From: Candidatus Magasanikiibacteriota bacterium
GTDB lineage: Bacteria; Patescibacteriota; Patescibacteriia; Magasanikbacterales; UBA922
Direction: 5' to 3'
DNA: 64,000 bases
Assembly: GCA_021648085.1 (NCBI GenBank)
Contig: JAKITS010000001.1
Location: 388,948 to 452,947, forward strand
How positions within the stretch are numbered: position 1 is the first letter of the stretch; each line of letters opens with the position of its first letter. Shown in pieces: positions 42,977 through 53,329 of this stretch. The notes under the pieces are model-generated. The model was given only the letters and a program-made list of their open reading frames with translations, searched no databases and was not told the origin of the DNA. The translations under genes and the position numbers were made by a program.

Positions 42977-44308
42977 ATGACTTATCCAAAAACAATTCTT
43001 ACGAGTAAAATAAGAAAGGCTATAAATATCTTTCTTATTTTGTCATTTTTTATCATTTCACCAATTGTAATCCTTTATACAACTGGTTATAGATACGACT
43101 TTCAAACAGGGCAAGTAAGCCAAACTGGGGTTATTGGAATAGACGCAGAACCAAAAAATGCAAAAGTTTTTTTAAATAATATAGAAATTAAACAAGATAT
43201 ACCAATTAGAATTACAAATCTTACGCCAGATGTATATTCTATCCGTATAGAATTGGAAGGTTACCATATATGGGAAAAAGATATAAATGTAAAAAGTAAA
43301 AAAAGTACTTTTGTAAATAACATTTCACTTTACAAAAAATCAAACCCAATTCCAATTTTAAATTCATTTGAAAATATTGTAAATGTAGATTTTTCACAAG
43401 ATGGAAAATATGCACTCTTAACCTCAAAAAAAGAAGATATTTATGAAGTTAAGCTATTCGAAACAAACTCAAAACAAATATCAACAATAACCAGAACCAC
43501 AAACGAAGAAATACCAGAAACATCGTGGTCTCCTTTTGGAAATTCTGCGTTCATAAAAACAATAAACGACACAAACACAACCATTGATATTTTTTCTACA
43601 GCAATTCCAGATAATGCCAACTCGTTCATATTTGAAACAAAATACTTAGATAAAAATATTCAATGGAAAAATTCCACACTTCCTACAATTTTTATAAAAG
43701 AAAATCATAAAATAAAGCAATTAGGATTAACAGGAGAGAAAACAATAACTTCAAACTTAAATGAAAATAACTGGTTTGTAGATGAAAAAAATAACATTTG
43801 GATAATTGATAACACAAAAAAATCACTAAAACGACTCGGTAGTAGACAAAATGATATTCCATACAAAATAGGACAGTTTGGAAATAAAATTATCGACATA
43901 AATTCACAAAGAGCAATTTTAAACAATTCTCAAAAAACAACAATTATAAAATTAGACACGCAAGAATCTGAAACCATAAAAACAAATAGTTTCATATTCG
44001 ATCAACAAAACAACAAATGGATAAGTTGGTCTCCTCTAGAAATATGGGAAATATCTGAAAATGGGGATTCAAACCTAATAAATAGAACAAGTGATAGAAT
44101 TAAAACAGTAAACCATTTCAATAAATTTGGTGTTTTACTGCTAACCTCTGAAAGTTCTATTAGCACTTTCGACAGAAACTATTTACTTAGTCACGAACTA
44201 CTTGAAAATACAGCTGTAAAAGAAATATCTGTAAACAAAAAAAAACAGGCTATTTTCTTTTGGGGAATTGTAGATGGAACAGAAAACTTCTTTGAGTTAG
44301 AATATTGA
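42977..44308 (+). CDS. PEGA domain protein with beta-propeller-like C-terminus
   Basis: TM, GYR, AEPKNAKVFLN...LTPDVYSIRIELEGYHIWEK. Confidence 0.85.
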   Translation: MTYPKTILTSKIRKAINIFLILSFFIISPIVILYTTGYRYDFQTGQVSQTGVIGIDAEPKNAKVFLNNIEIKQDIPIRITNLTPDVYSIRIELEGYHIWEKDINVKSKKSTFVNNISLYKKSNPIPILNSFENIVNVDFSQDGKYALLTSKKEDIYEVKLFETNSKQISTITRTTNEEIPETSWSPFGNSAFIKTINDTNTTIDIFSTAIPDNANSFIFETKYLDKNIQWKNSTLPTIFIKENHKIKQLGLTGEKTITSNLNENNWFVDEKNNIWIIDNTKKSLKRLGSRQNDIPYKIGQFGNKIIDINSQRAILNNSQKTTIIKLDTQESETIKTNSFIFDQQNNKWISWSPLEIWEISENGDSNLINRTSDRIKTVNHFNKFGVLLLTSESSISTFDRNYLLSHELLENTAVKEISVNKKKQAIFFWGIVDGTENFFELEY

Positions 44309-44333
44309 CAAAAAAATAAAAATATGCTTTAAT
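44305..44333 (+). promoter_or_regulatory. Sigma70-type promoter
   Basis: TTGACA-17 nt-TTTAAT with extended TG. Confidence 0.55.
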
Positions 44334-44414
44334 AAGGCAGTAGTGCTAATTTCAGAATTAACCCAAGTTACGAAGGGAAATTCGTGACAATGTACATTGG
44401 AAGGAGTTTTTTCT

Positions 44415-44894
44415 ATGAGTAGAGTAAATTGGCCAAATGAAGGAGACGTGATCAAATCACCAAAATTTGCCTATGGTAAATATGACATGGATGATGTTCA
44501 CGATAAAAAATGTGCCCGAATCGATGGGAAGACAGAGACATGTTTAGTAAGCAGTCGCATTAGCGAAAAAGATCGCATAGCTATTGCAGTAAAAACTGGA
44601 AAAATGCCACCCAAAGAAGAAACTATTGATTATACTGCTTATGACACAAGTCGTGCTACTGCAAAGTTTGTAGTAGAAAAAGCAGAAATGAGTGGTGGTA
44701 GCACAGGCTTTAGGTTAAATGAATATCACCCAGACGAATGGTGTGTGCATGCACGACGTCTCAATGAAGACAATAGTTATAATGAAGACGGTGAACTTAT
44801 TAGATTTTATGTATCCAATAGTTCCAGTAGTAATATTAGAGAGGTTGAGATAGAGTCTGTAGGTAAAATGAAAAGACAATTCGTGTGGAAATAG
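44415..44894 (+). CDS. Hypothetical protein (SD-led)
   Basis: AAGGAG SD, ATG 44415, followed by a terminator hairpin at 44902-44928. Confidence 0.75.
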   Translation: MSRVNWPNEGDVIKSPKFAYGKYDMDDVHDKKCARIDGKTETCLVSSRISEKDRIAIAVKTGKMPPKEETIDYTAYDTSRATAKFVVEKAEMSGGSTGFRLNEYHPDEWCVHARRLNEDNSYNEDGELIRFYVSNSSSSNIREVEIESVGKMKRQFVWK

Positions 44895-45021
44895 AATTGC
44901 TAAAAGGGTGTAATTTACATCCTTTTTTATTTTTTAAAATTGACAAAAGTGAAATAATATAGTATCTTTAATTGTCAGTAATTTTACTGGTAAAATGTCC
45001 TTTAGCAAAAAAGGAGATAAA

Positions 45022-45117
45022 ATGGCAAAAAGTAAAATAAAACTTGGCGCAATTCATAAATTGCGAGAAAAAAAGGAAGACAAGCACAAGCCACAAAAGC
45101 AGAAGAAGATAAATTAA
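45022..45117 (+). CDS. Small basic ORF (31 aa), possibly extended to 45224 by a -1 frameshift
   Basis: TTGACA promoter, TGTCCTTTAGCAA motif, AAGGAG SD, ATG 45022. Confidence 0.45.
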   Translation: MAKSKIKLGAIHKLREKKEDKHKPQKQKKIN

Positions 45118-45346
45118 TAAAATCTCTTCAAGCAGTCATACCAAAAGAGTTGCAGAATCTTTTCAAACGATATGGTAGCCACAATAGAAAAGTCTCTCGA
45201 TCAATTGTGCATTGTATGAGCTAACGTTATTACTTGTAGATTTCGTTTAATAGGTTTTATATTACTTTGTACTTTTGCAACAGTTAAAACAAAACCAAAA
45301 AAATAACCGCTTGAAACTTCCAAGTGGTTTTTATATTTTTAAAATT

Positions 45347-45696
45347 TTATTTAGAACCAACCCTTTCAAATCCTTCAAAATATATTTTATCATCTTTAAA
45401 AACTTCAATAATCTTATATTTTCCTTTTGTATAAACTTCTTTATCAATTAAAAAATGAGTTGCCTCGAGAATTATAATACTCGCTTTTGGACGAGATAAA
45501 ACTTCATTTCCTTTAATTTCCAACAAAGGAATTTCACCAAATAACCAATAATTTCTTTGGCCTTTTTTCAAAAAAAATATTCTTTGCCAATTTCCAAATT
45601 TTCTAAAATACACCCTTCCTCTTTTCTATTTCCTACTTTAAACTCAGAAATATTTCTTAACGCTAAGTCCGGATTAAATTCTATTTGAATTCCCAT
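45347..45696 (-). pseudogene. Conserved hypothetical (MGIQIEFNPDLALR...) frameshifted in a homopolymer
   Basis: ATG 45696 frame joins the 45347 frame at the 8-nt run 45570-45577. Confidence 0.7.
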
Positions 45697-45702
45697 ATAT
45701 TT

Positions 45703-46785
45703 TTATATTTCAATTTTAGTCTTATCCCCTATCATCATAACTCTGCCTTCCAGGTCATTTTGTTGTTTGCGTTCAATTGAGACATTCTTGCCAATTAAGC
45801 TGTCACAAATATGTAATTTAGTGTCAATTTTTGTATTTTGTAAAATTATAGAATTACTTATTTTTGCACCGTTTATGTGTACTCCTGTTCCAATTGTAGT
45901 ATTTGGTCCAATTGTACAATTATTTAATTTACAATTTTCACCAATTATGACCGGCTCCAAAATATTTACATTTTCACCAATTGTAGTACCAACTCCAATA
46001 TGAATTTTCTTATCATCATAAAAAGAATATTGTCTAGAAACTCTAAAATTTTGATGGCTCATTTTTTCTAAAATCAACTTGTTTGCCAAAAGTAAATCTT
46101 TTGGTTTTCCAGTATCTTTCCACCAACCTGTAATTTCTTTATGACCCACATTGTATCCATTTTTGAGCAAATAAGAATTCACACTAGAAATTTCATATTC
46201 ACCGCGTGCACTTTTTTCTATATTATCAAATGCTTTATAAAAAACTTTTGGACCATAAAGATAAATCCCTACAACTGCAAAATTACTCGGTGGAACGCTT
46301 GGTTTTTCAAAAACATCTACAATTTTTCCATTTTCAAATTTTGGCACACCAAACCTCTCTGGATCTGGAACTTTGGAAAGTGCAAGCATACAATCTCTGT
46401 TGTTCTCTGCAAAATCATTTACCATTTCCTTCAAGCTTCCAAGCAGAATATTATCAGAAAAATAAAACATAAATGGATCATCTCCAATAAATTTGCGCGC
46501 TTCGGCAGCCACATGTGCCACACCTTGAGGTCCACCAGTCTGTTCATAAAATTTAATTTTTATATCCCAATGCCCACCATCACCTATATATTTCTGTAGT
46601 TCGGTCTCGCCCGGATTTGTGTTTATAAAAATCTCCTCAATCCCAGCCTCTACTGCTTTTTCTATAGCATGGAAAATCATTGGCTTGTTTGCCAAAGGTA
46701 CCAAATGTTTATTTGTAGTAATTGTAACTGGATGAAGTCTAGTTCCTCTTCCTCCACCAGTTAAAACTGCCTTTTTAATTCTCAT
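45703..46785 (-). CDS. Glucose-1-phosphate thymidylyltransferase, long form
   Basis: GGRGTRLHP..NKHL, SARGEYEI, WWKDTG, C-terminal left-handed beta helix. Confidence 0.92.
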   Translation of the reverse strand: MRIKKAVLTGGGRGTRLHPVTITTNKHLVPLANKPMIFHAIEKAVEAGIEEIFINTNPGETELQKYIGDGGHWDIKIKFYEQTGGPQGVAHVAAEARKFIGDDPFMFYFSDNILLGSLKEMVNDFAENNRDCMLALSKVPDPERFGVPKFENGKIVDVFEKPSVPPSNFAVVGIYLYGPKVFYKAFDNIEKSARGEYEISSVNSYLLKNGYNVGHKEITGWWKDTGKPKDLLLANKLILEKMSHQNFRVSRQYSFYDDKKIHIGVGTTIGENVNILEPVIIGENCKLNNCTIGPNTTIGTGVHINGAKISNSIILQNTKIDTKLHICDSLIGKNVSIERKQQNDLEGRVMMIGDKTKIEI

Positions 46786-46787
46786 AT

Positions 46788-47882
46788 TTATTTAACTAAT
46801 CGTCTCACAATAATCCAATAATACAAAGTCATCATTGGATTTGCGATATATTTTAACAATGGATTTTCCATTGATTTTTCTTGAAAATAAATTCCAGTTG
46901 CTACATTTTCCAATAATTTTTTATCGCTCACTCTTCTAATTTTTTGAATATTTTTTCTTTTGCCAAGCCAAAGTTGCCAATTTCTTGTATTTAGCCAATA
47001 TTTATAAACTCTTACCCTTTCTTTTATCCAACCACCCTTGAAAGCAGAAAACCACAAACCAAACTCCAAAAACAAAGCTATTGGCAAAAGCAACATTAAA
47101 GTATCCCATTTAAAAAACATTAACATCACGCCGTATCTATTTCTCTCCATCCAATAAAATTTTTCAATACTTCTGCTAAATTGATACTTGTGATAAAAAA
47201 TTGAATTTGGAACCAAAACTATGTCGAAACCAACAGATCGTAAACGAAGTGAGTACTCCAAATCTTCATGATACATAAAAAAATCACCATCCCACAAACC
47301 ATATTTTTTGAGCAAATCTACTCTCATCAAAAGAGCAGCTCCACTTGCATAAGAAATTTTTTTAATCGAATTACTAATTTCTTTTACATCTTTTTTATAA
47401 TCTCCACAAAACCCAAATCCTAAATAATGAAACTCATTTCCAGCACTATTTACCAAACCTGTTTCTGGATGTAACAACATTAAAGATTGTGCAGCACCAA
47501 TTTTTTTATCTGATTCCATAGCTCTTACTAAAGGTTCCAAAAAATCTCCAGAAACAAAACCATCGTTATTGTGAAAAAAAACATAATCAAAACCGTTTTC
47601 AATCGCCCATTTTATTCCCACATTATTTCCATCGGAAAAACCAAGATTTTTAGATTGAGGTAAAATTGTTGTATGCGGAATCTCTTTTCCAGACAACGGC
47701 ATAACATTTTCCTCCAACACCCTCACAGAAGGTCCATATTCTGAATGCGGATTATCTACAACCACAAACTCAACTTTATCTTTTGGATAAGTCAACATTT
47801 TCAAACCAGAAACCACATCATCTATATATGGCTCCGAGTGGAATGAAAGATAAATTATTGCAACTTTAGGATATTTTTGCAT
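46788..47882 (-). CDS. GT2 glycosyltransferase (rhamnosyltransferase-like)
   Basis: VVDN, NLGF..GNN, NND, SGAALL, FFMYHED. Confidence 0.9.
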   Translation of the reverse strand: MQKYPKVAIIYLSFHSEPYIDDVVSGLKMLTYPKDKVEFVVVDNPHSEYGPSVRVLEENVMPLSGKEIPHTTILPQSKNLGFSDGNNVGIKWAIENGFDYVFFHNNDGFVSGDFLEPLVRAMESDKKIGAAQSLMLLHPETGLVNSAGNEFHYLGFGFCGDYKKDVKEISNSIKKISYASGAALLMRVDLLKKYGLWDGDFFMYHEDLEYSLRLRSVGFDIVLVPNSIFYHKYQFSRSIEKFYWMERNRYGVMLMFFKWDTLMLLLPIALFLEFGLWFSAFKGGWIKERVRVYKYWLNTRNWQLWLGKRKNIQKIRRVSDKKLLENVATGIYFQEKSMENPLLKYIANPMMTLYYWIIVRRLVK

Positions 47883-48708
47883 AATATTTAAAATGATTTC
47901 GCCACTTCCAAATATATTTTGACCAACTTGCCAAATGAATTCTTGCCAATTTATTCTTAATTAAAGCCCGAAATACTCCCGGTGTTTTTGCCGACCCTCT
48001 TCTGTGACTATGTTTAATTACTATATCATGTACATAATAAACAGGATAGCCTGCTTCCCAACTTTTTTTACACAAATCCGCATCTTCCAAATACATAAAA
48101 TATCTACCATCAAACATCCCCACTTTTTCTACCACTTCTGCACGAATTACAAGTGCTGCACCCATCACCCAATCAACTGGAATAGTTTTAGTGTGGCAAA
48201 AGCCCTTCATTAACAAATTGTCTACATATTTTTTTGCTAACTTTATTTTTTTATCCAAGCCAATTTGTTTCAAAGGTTTTACTATTATTGAGGAAAAATT
48301 AAAACGATAACAAGAATTTTGATAACTTCCATCCAAGTTTATAAGTTTTGGACCAATACACCCTATCTTTGAATTTCTATCCATAAACTTTATAATCCGC
48401 TCCACTGTGTTTGAATTTTGCATTATCGTAGTGTCAGGATTTAATGCAAAATAATAGCGAGCTGGAACACTTTTAAACCCTAAATTGTGAGCTTTTCCAA
48501 AGCCAATATTATTACCAGAATTCAAATAAGAAACATTTGGAAATTTTTCTACCACTTCTTTTATTCCATCCTTATTTTCCGAGTTATCCACAACCACAAC
48601 ATGCACTTTGTAAGGACAATTTTGCAAATCCAAAGCCAAAGATTCCAGATTTTTCAAAATCTCATCTTTCATTAAATAATTTACAATTGTAATTGTGATA
48701 TCGTTCAT
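47866..48708 (-). CDS. GT2 glycosyltransferase (WbbL-like)
   Basis: NIGFGKAHN, LNPD, DWVMGA, YFMYLED; start ATG 48708. Confidence 0.9.
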   Translation of the reverse strand: MNDITITIVNYLMKDEILKNLESLALDLQNCPYKVHVVVVDNSENKDGIKEVVEKFPNVSYLNSGNNIGFGKAHNLGFKSVPARYYFALNPDTTIMQNSNTVERIIKFMDRNSKIGCIGPKLINLDGSYQNSCYRFNFSSIIVKPLKQIGLDKKIKLAKKYVDNLLMKGFCHTKTIPVDWVMGAALVIRAEVVEKVGMFDGRYFMYLEDADLCKKSWEAGYPVYYVHDIVIKHSHRRGSAKTPGVFRALIKNKLARIHLASWSKYIWKWRNHFKYYAKIS

Positions 48709-48741
48709 AATAGGGACAGCAGAATAAGTAGGGAAAACACA

Positions 48742-48887
48742 TGTCATCTTGAGCGGAGTGAAACGGAGTCGAAAGATCCCCGTGCAGTATCACTATTTAT
48801 AATTTATTATACTTTCACGAGATCCATTCGACTTCCTGCCTTCCGGCAGGCTGGCATTTCACTTTGCTCCATTTCGCTCAAGATAAT
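48742..48887. repeat. REP-like doublet (family A) carrying a 20-bp insertion
   Basis: Near-identical to 21797-21923 except cctgccttccggcaggctgg at 48835-48854. Confidence 0.88.
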
Positions 48888-49948
48888 GTATTTATTTTTA
48901 ATTTGTTTTTTATATCATGTTTCCTCCTCATTTCTCGCCAGTCAACTTTTCTGTTTTGTTTAATCTCTTTTCTTCTATTTAAAATTATATTTCTGTTTTC
49001 CCAAATTTCTTTTAATCCTTTTAAATTTTTTCTATTAAACAAAAAATAATATACAAACTTCTTCAATTCATAACACAAAATCCATATAAAATCAAGTAAA
49101 AAATTCTGCCAATACTCGTTTTTAAGCAAAATCATAATATGATTTTTGTAACTTTGGTAGCTTAATTGTGTTGACTGCTTCTTTTTATTTTTTATGGCAG
49201 ACTTGTCCGAATAATCTTTTGAACCCGTCCCACTCCTGTCGTGGTACGCTACAACATTTAGAATTACAGCAGCATTAAAACCAACAGAACAAAGTCGAAA
49301 AGCCAAATCCACATCCTCTTTATAAGAACCAAACAAAGTATCAAAAATTAAACCATTTTCCTCTACAACTTTCAAAGCACTTCTCCTATAAATCGGCAAA
49401 GCACCAGAAACTCCAAAAACTTCCACATCATTTTTTCCATTAAATTTAGTTTTTACCTCTCCCCATTTTTGCTGAGCAAAAGTGTCCACCACTCGCCTAC
49501 TTCGAAAAACTTTCAATCCTAAAGTATCTATATTTTCTCCAAAAGAATTTTCCAAGCCTTTTTCCACATCACCAAAATTCCACCTCATTAGCCGTGGGCT
49601 CGAAGAAGCAGTTTTTTCATTTTTATCCAAATATTCTACCAATTTTGAAAAGCAGTCCTTCTCTAAATACATATCTTGATTCAAAAGCAAAATATATTCT
49701 GAATCATTTTTTGCATAAAGCAAATTGTGTCCACCAGCAAAACCTATGTTTTCTTTTGATTTTATAAACTTATTTTGAACCGAAAAATTATTCAATTCTT
49801 TTTGAATTTTATTTATAATATTGTCTGTAGAATTATTATCAAAAATAAGTAAATCCCAATCTTTGAAAGTTTGCGCTCGCAGTGATTCAAATAAATACGG
49901 AATATATTTCTCACCATTCCAAACTACAAGCTGTACAGTTAATTTCAT
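48878..49948 (-). CDS. GT2 glycosyltransferase
   Basis: DNNSTD, NIGFAGGHN, LNQD, VSGA, YKEDVD; the stop codon lies in the repeat arm. Confidence 0.9.
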   Translation of the reverse strand: MKLTVQLVVWNGEKYIPYLFESLRAQTFKDWDLLIFDNNSTDNIINKIQKELNNFSVQNKFIKSKENIGFAGGHNLLYAKNDSEYILLLNQDMYLEKDCFSKLVEYLDKNEKTASSSPRLMRWNFGDVEKGLENSFGENIDTLGLKVFRSRRVVDTFAQQKWGEVKTKFNGKNDVEVFGVSGALPIYRRSALKVVEENGLIFDTLFGSYKEDVDLAFRLCSVGFNAAVILNVVAYHDRSGTGSKDYSDKSAIKNKKKQSTQLSYQSYKNHIMILLKNEYWQNFLLDFIWILCYELKKFVYYFLFNRKNLKGLKEIWENRNIILNRRKEIKQNRKVDWREMRRKHDIKNKLKINTLS

Positions 49949-49951
49949 ATT

Positions 49952-50794
49952 TTAAAACTTGTTTTTAATCCAAACAATGAATATTCCAACCGGTCGCACA
50001 AGCCAAATCCAAATCCATTTATACCACGGCTCCCATTTTTGAAAATAAGTAAGCATACTTTTTGTAAAGTTTTTCTGCTTCCACACATTTTCACGCTTTT
50101 TGAAACTTTGCCCAACATAATCCACGCAAGAAATAATTGGTGTATATTTAATCTTATAATCTAATTTCCTCACCTCTCTACACAAATCTACATCTTCAAA
50201 CCAAATAAAATATCGTGGATCAAAACCCCAACCCAATTTATCCAAAATTTCTCTACGAATAATCATAAAAGATCCACGCACAGAATCAACTTCCTGCTCT
50301 TTATTAAAATCAAATTCTCCCATCAAATACTCATTCAGAATATTTGGGAAAATATGATGTATTTTTAAAATAAGTAAAACCTGCTCCCAAACCTTTGGAA
50401 ATCTTCTTGGTCTAGCTTCCAAATTCACTTCACCTTTTTCATTTATAAGTTTTACACTCGCCAACCCAACATCTTTTTTCCCTTCCATCCATTTTACTAT
50501 TTTTTCCAGACTTCCCTTCTCCACTTGCATATCTGGATTCAAAAATAAAATATATTTTCCAGTCGCCAATTTTAATGCCTGATTGTTTGCCCAAGCAAAA
50601 CCCAAGTTTTCTTTATTTTTAATCAATTTAACATTTTGAAACTCTTTCACTACTTCCACAGTTTTATCACCAGAATTATTATCCACCACAATCACTTCAT
50701 AATTTAAATTCTCGCAACCATAAAAAACAGAAGCTATCTGTTTTTTTATTACTTCTTCCGAGTTCCAAGTGATAGTAATTATACTCAAGTCCAT
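49952..50794 (-). CDS. GT2 glycosyltransferase
   Basis: VVDNNSGD, NLGFAWANN, LNPD, YFIWFED; start ATG 50794. Confidence 0.9.
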   Translation of the reverse strand: MDLSIITITWNSEEVIKKQIASVFYGCENLNYEVIVVDNNSGDKTVEVVKEFQNVKLIKNKENLGFAWANNQALKLATGKYILFLNPDMQVEKGSLEKIVKWMEGKKDVGLASVKLINEKGEVNLEARPRRFPKVWEQVLLILKIHHIFPNILNEYLMGEFDFNKEQEVDSVRGSFMIIRREILDKLGWGFDPRYFIWFEDVDLCREVRKLDYKIKYTPIISCVDYVGQSFKKRENVWKQKNFTKSMLTYFQKWEPWYKWIWIWLVRPVGIFIVWIKNKF

Positions 50795-50891
50795 ATAATC
50801 TGATTTTACCCTTTTAAACCTCAAATTGCAAGGTAAAAACCAAATTTTTGACTCAAATTTTACAATTCTATTTTGAATATTATAAATATAT

Positions 50892-52592
50892 TTATAATTC
50901 CAAAATATTTATTACAGTATATCCATTTTTTTCATAAACTTTTTCAAAATATTCATATGAAAATAAATTTTTATTTATTTTTATTTTTTCTTCTTCTACT
51001 CCACTTATCATCTTGTCTAAATGAAAATAAAGATAATAATTTTCCTCATCTCCATAAAAAATAAATCGCTCCAAATCACCATAAGATGACTTTTTAATAT
51101 TTTCATAAAGATCTTTTGATGATTTTGAATTAGCTAACATCTGTAAATATTCGTAGCGTTCAGAAAAAATAGATGCTGGATGATTATTATTTTGATTGAA
51201 ATAAATTAGATGATTTACAGGCACAAATGCCAAAACTTGTGGAACAGTTAATAAAGTAAGTTTTGAATTTGACTCTGGCACTTTATCCAAATAATTAACA
51301 AGACTTACGATAGCGCCGTTAGCTTCTCTAGATTCTACTCGTCGCATTTTTACAACCGGATCATCTACAAAAAAACCAAAAACAGATTGGGATGCAAAAT
51401 ACAAAATTCCTATTACAATAATAAGAAAAGAGAGGTTTTTATTCTTATCTATATTGAAATGACGCCATAAGCGTATAGCACCATAAACTGCAGAAATTGC
51501 CAAAATACTTGGCGATAAAATATAAAATCCACGAAATTCTTGAAATGGTATTTTTAAAACTAACAAAGAAGTCATCGCCAAACCCCACCAAACAAAAGCC
51601 GTTATTAAAAGATACAGCAACTGCTTAATAAAAATATGTTTTCTATAATAAATTAATACAGAAAAACCAAAAAACATTATAATGTTATTTATACTATTCA
51701 ACTGAAATATTGGCATCCACAGATCTAACCCGTTTGGCACAAAAAATGAAGTTTGCCAACTTTCCATACCATTTTTGAAATAACTAATAATCAGCGGCAA
51801 AATAAAAGGTAAACTAAAAAATATAGTAATTAACATTGTTTTGAAAAGAGACAAAAAATATTTAATTCTATCCTGCTTTTCTTCTACTATACCCATCAAC
51901 AAAAAAGCAATTGCAGCAAAAATTAGCCACAAATAATAAGTCATAAAAATAATTCCAGCAATTAAGCCGTAAATTATTCCTTGTTTTAAATTCCATTTAT
52001 TTCTAGAAATTTTCAAGTGAAGACTAACATACCAAAAAATAGTTGCAACCGCTGTAATAACTTCGTATGGTTTTCCTATAAGCAAATCTTTATCTAATAT
52101 TGTTATTATAAATAATGGTGTTAAAAAAATAAAAACCAATCCCAAAGTTTTATTATTTGATAAATGATCCTTTAAAAGGTACTTTTGATAATAATACGAG
52201 CCAATTGGAAAAACCAAGAAAAAAGAAAAAGCTGCAAATTTTGCAATTTTAATTCCATTCCAATTTAATATTCCACCTATCAACCCAAAAAACCAGAAAA
52301 ATGCTGGAGGATAAAATGGTGGTAAATTGTGATAAGCAAAATCCGACCACAAACCCACACTCGCAAAAGTGTTATACATAGCTGCTATAGTAATCTCGTC
52401 ACCTTGAAGCCCCCAAAATAACAATTGCAGATTGTTTGTCCAAAGAAAATATGATGCAGACGAAATTACTCCAACCAAAATTAAAAAATAAACTGGTTTT
52501 TTCTTTTTAAAGATTAAGTAAAAAGAAAAAACAACAAAGAATATAAGTAATAATTTTATACCAATATATATTTGTATATCAAAAAAATTCAT
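50892..52592 (-). CDS. AftA-like GT-C arabinofuranosyltransferase homolog
   Basis: Polytopic; GLQGDE and DFAYHNLPPFYPPAFFW resemble the actinobacterial AftA loop. Confidence 0.65.
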   Translation of the reverse strand: MNFFDIQIYIGIKLLLIFFVVFSFYLIFKKKKPVYFLILVGVISSASYFLWTNNLQLLFWGLQGDEITIAAMYNTFASVGLWSDFAYHNLPPFYPPAFFWFFGLIGGILNWNGIKIAKFAAFSFFLVFPIGSYYYQKYLLKDHLSNNKTLGLVFIFLTPLFIITILDKDLLIGKPYEVITAVATIFWYVSLHLKISRNKWNLKQGIIYGLIAGIIFMTYYLWLIFAAIAFLLMGIVEEKQDRIKYFLSLFKTMLITIFFSLPFILPLIISYFKNGMESWQTSFFVPNGLDLWMPIFQLNSINNIIMFFGFSVLIYYRKHIFIKQLLYLLITAFVWWGLAMTSLLVLKIPFQEFRGFYILSPSILAISAVYGAIRLWRHFNIDKNKNLSFLIIVIGILYFASQSVFGFFVDDPVVKMRRVESREANGAIVSLVNYLDKVPESNSKLTLLTVPQVLAFVPVNHLIYFNQNNNHPASIFSERYEYLQMLANSKSSKDLYENIKKSSYGDLERFIFYGDEENYYLYFHLDKMISGVEEEKIKINKNLFSYEYFEKVYEKNGYTVINILEL

Positions 52593-52595
52593 AAA

Positions 52596-52949
52596 CTAAA
52601 CACGATTATAGTCGTCGCTAAACCTCTCTATATCATCTTCGCCAAAATAACTTCCAGTTTGAGTTTCTATAAAAATTAGATCTTGCTCTCCCGTATTCAA
52701 AACTCTATGTTTTTGACCTTTTAATATGTTTAAACTATCGCCACTTTTAATAAATTTTTCTTCGTCATCTAAAGTTACAATAGCCTCACCTTTTACAACA
52801 ATCCAATGTTCATCTCGTTTTTTGTGTCTTTGGTAGCTTAGACGGTGTCCAGACTTTACTATTATTTCTTTTACTTTACATTTTTTATTTTCCAACAAAA
52901 TTTTAAACTGCCCCCAAGGTCTTTGTTCTATATAATATTTTAATTCCAT
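52596..52949 (-). CDS. Cupin, type II phosphomannose isomerase C-terminal domain
   Basis: RPWG, LSYQRH..RDEHW, HRV, IETQTGSYFGEDDIER. Confidence 0.92.
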   Translation of the reverse strand: MELKYYIEQRPWGQFKILLENKKCKVKEIIVKSGHRLSYQRHKKRDEHWIVVKGEAIVTLDDEEKFIKSGDSLNILKGQKHRVLNTGEQDLIFIETQTGSYFGEDDIERFSDDYNRV

Positions 52950-52990
52950 ATACCTTGATTTTACCCTTTTTATATATTAAATTATTTTTT

Positions 52991-53302
52991 TTACTTCCTT
53001 ACTCTCACACCTCTTAAACCTAGAATTAACAAAATTAAAATTACAATTTTTAAAGTATAATTTCCATATATATTTATAAAATCTCTAGTCATTGGAGTTA
53101 TACTTCCAACTATCAAGTGTATGAGGATACTAATTGGCAAGGTTAAAAATAGCCAATTTCTTTTTGGCACGCGGATTTTAATTTTTTGAAACAACCTAGT
53201 CAGCCGTGGAGAAATCAAATAAATTCCCCCAAAAGCCACTACAAAATCAAAAATGGCATATCCACCGAGTCTAAATTGTCTGAGGAATTCTAATATTTCC
53301 AT
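52991..53302 (-). CDS. Small membrane hypothetical protein ('gene X'); its 5' end is duplicated in the cassette array
   Basis: Three hydrophobic segments; starts MEILEFLRQFRLGGYAIFDF. Confidence 0.8.
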   Translation of the reverse strand: MEILEFLRQFRLGGYAIFDFVVAFGGIYLISPRLTRLFQKIKIRVPKRNWLFLTLPISILIHLIVGSITPMTRDFINIYGNYTLKIVILILLILGLRGVRVRK

Positions 53303-53329
53303 ATTTATTTATTATTTGTAAAAAATTTA

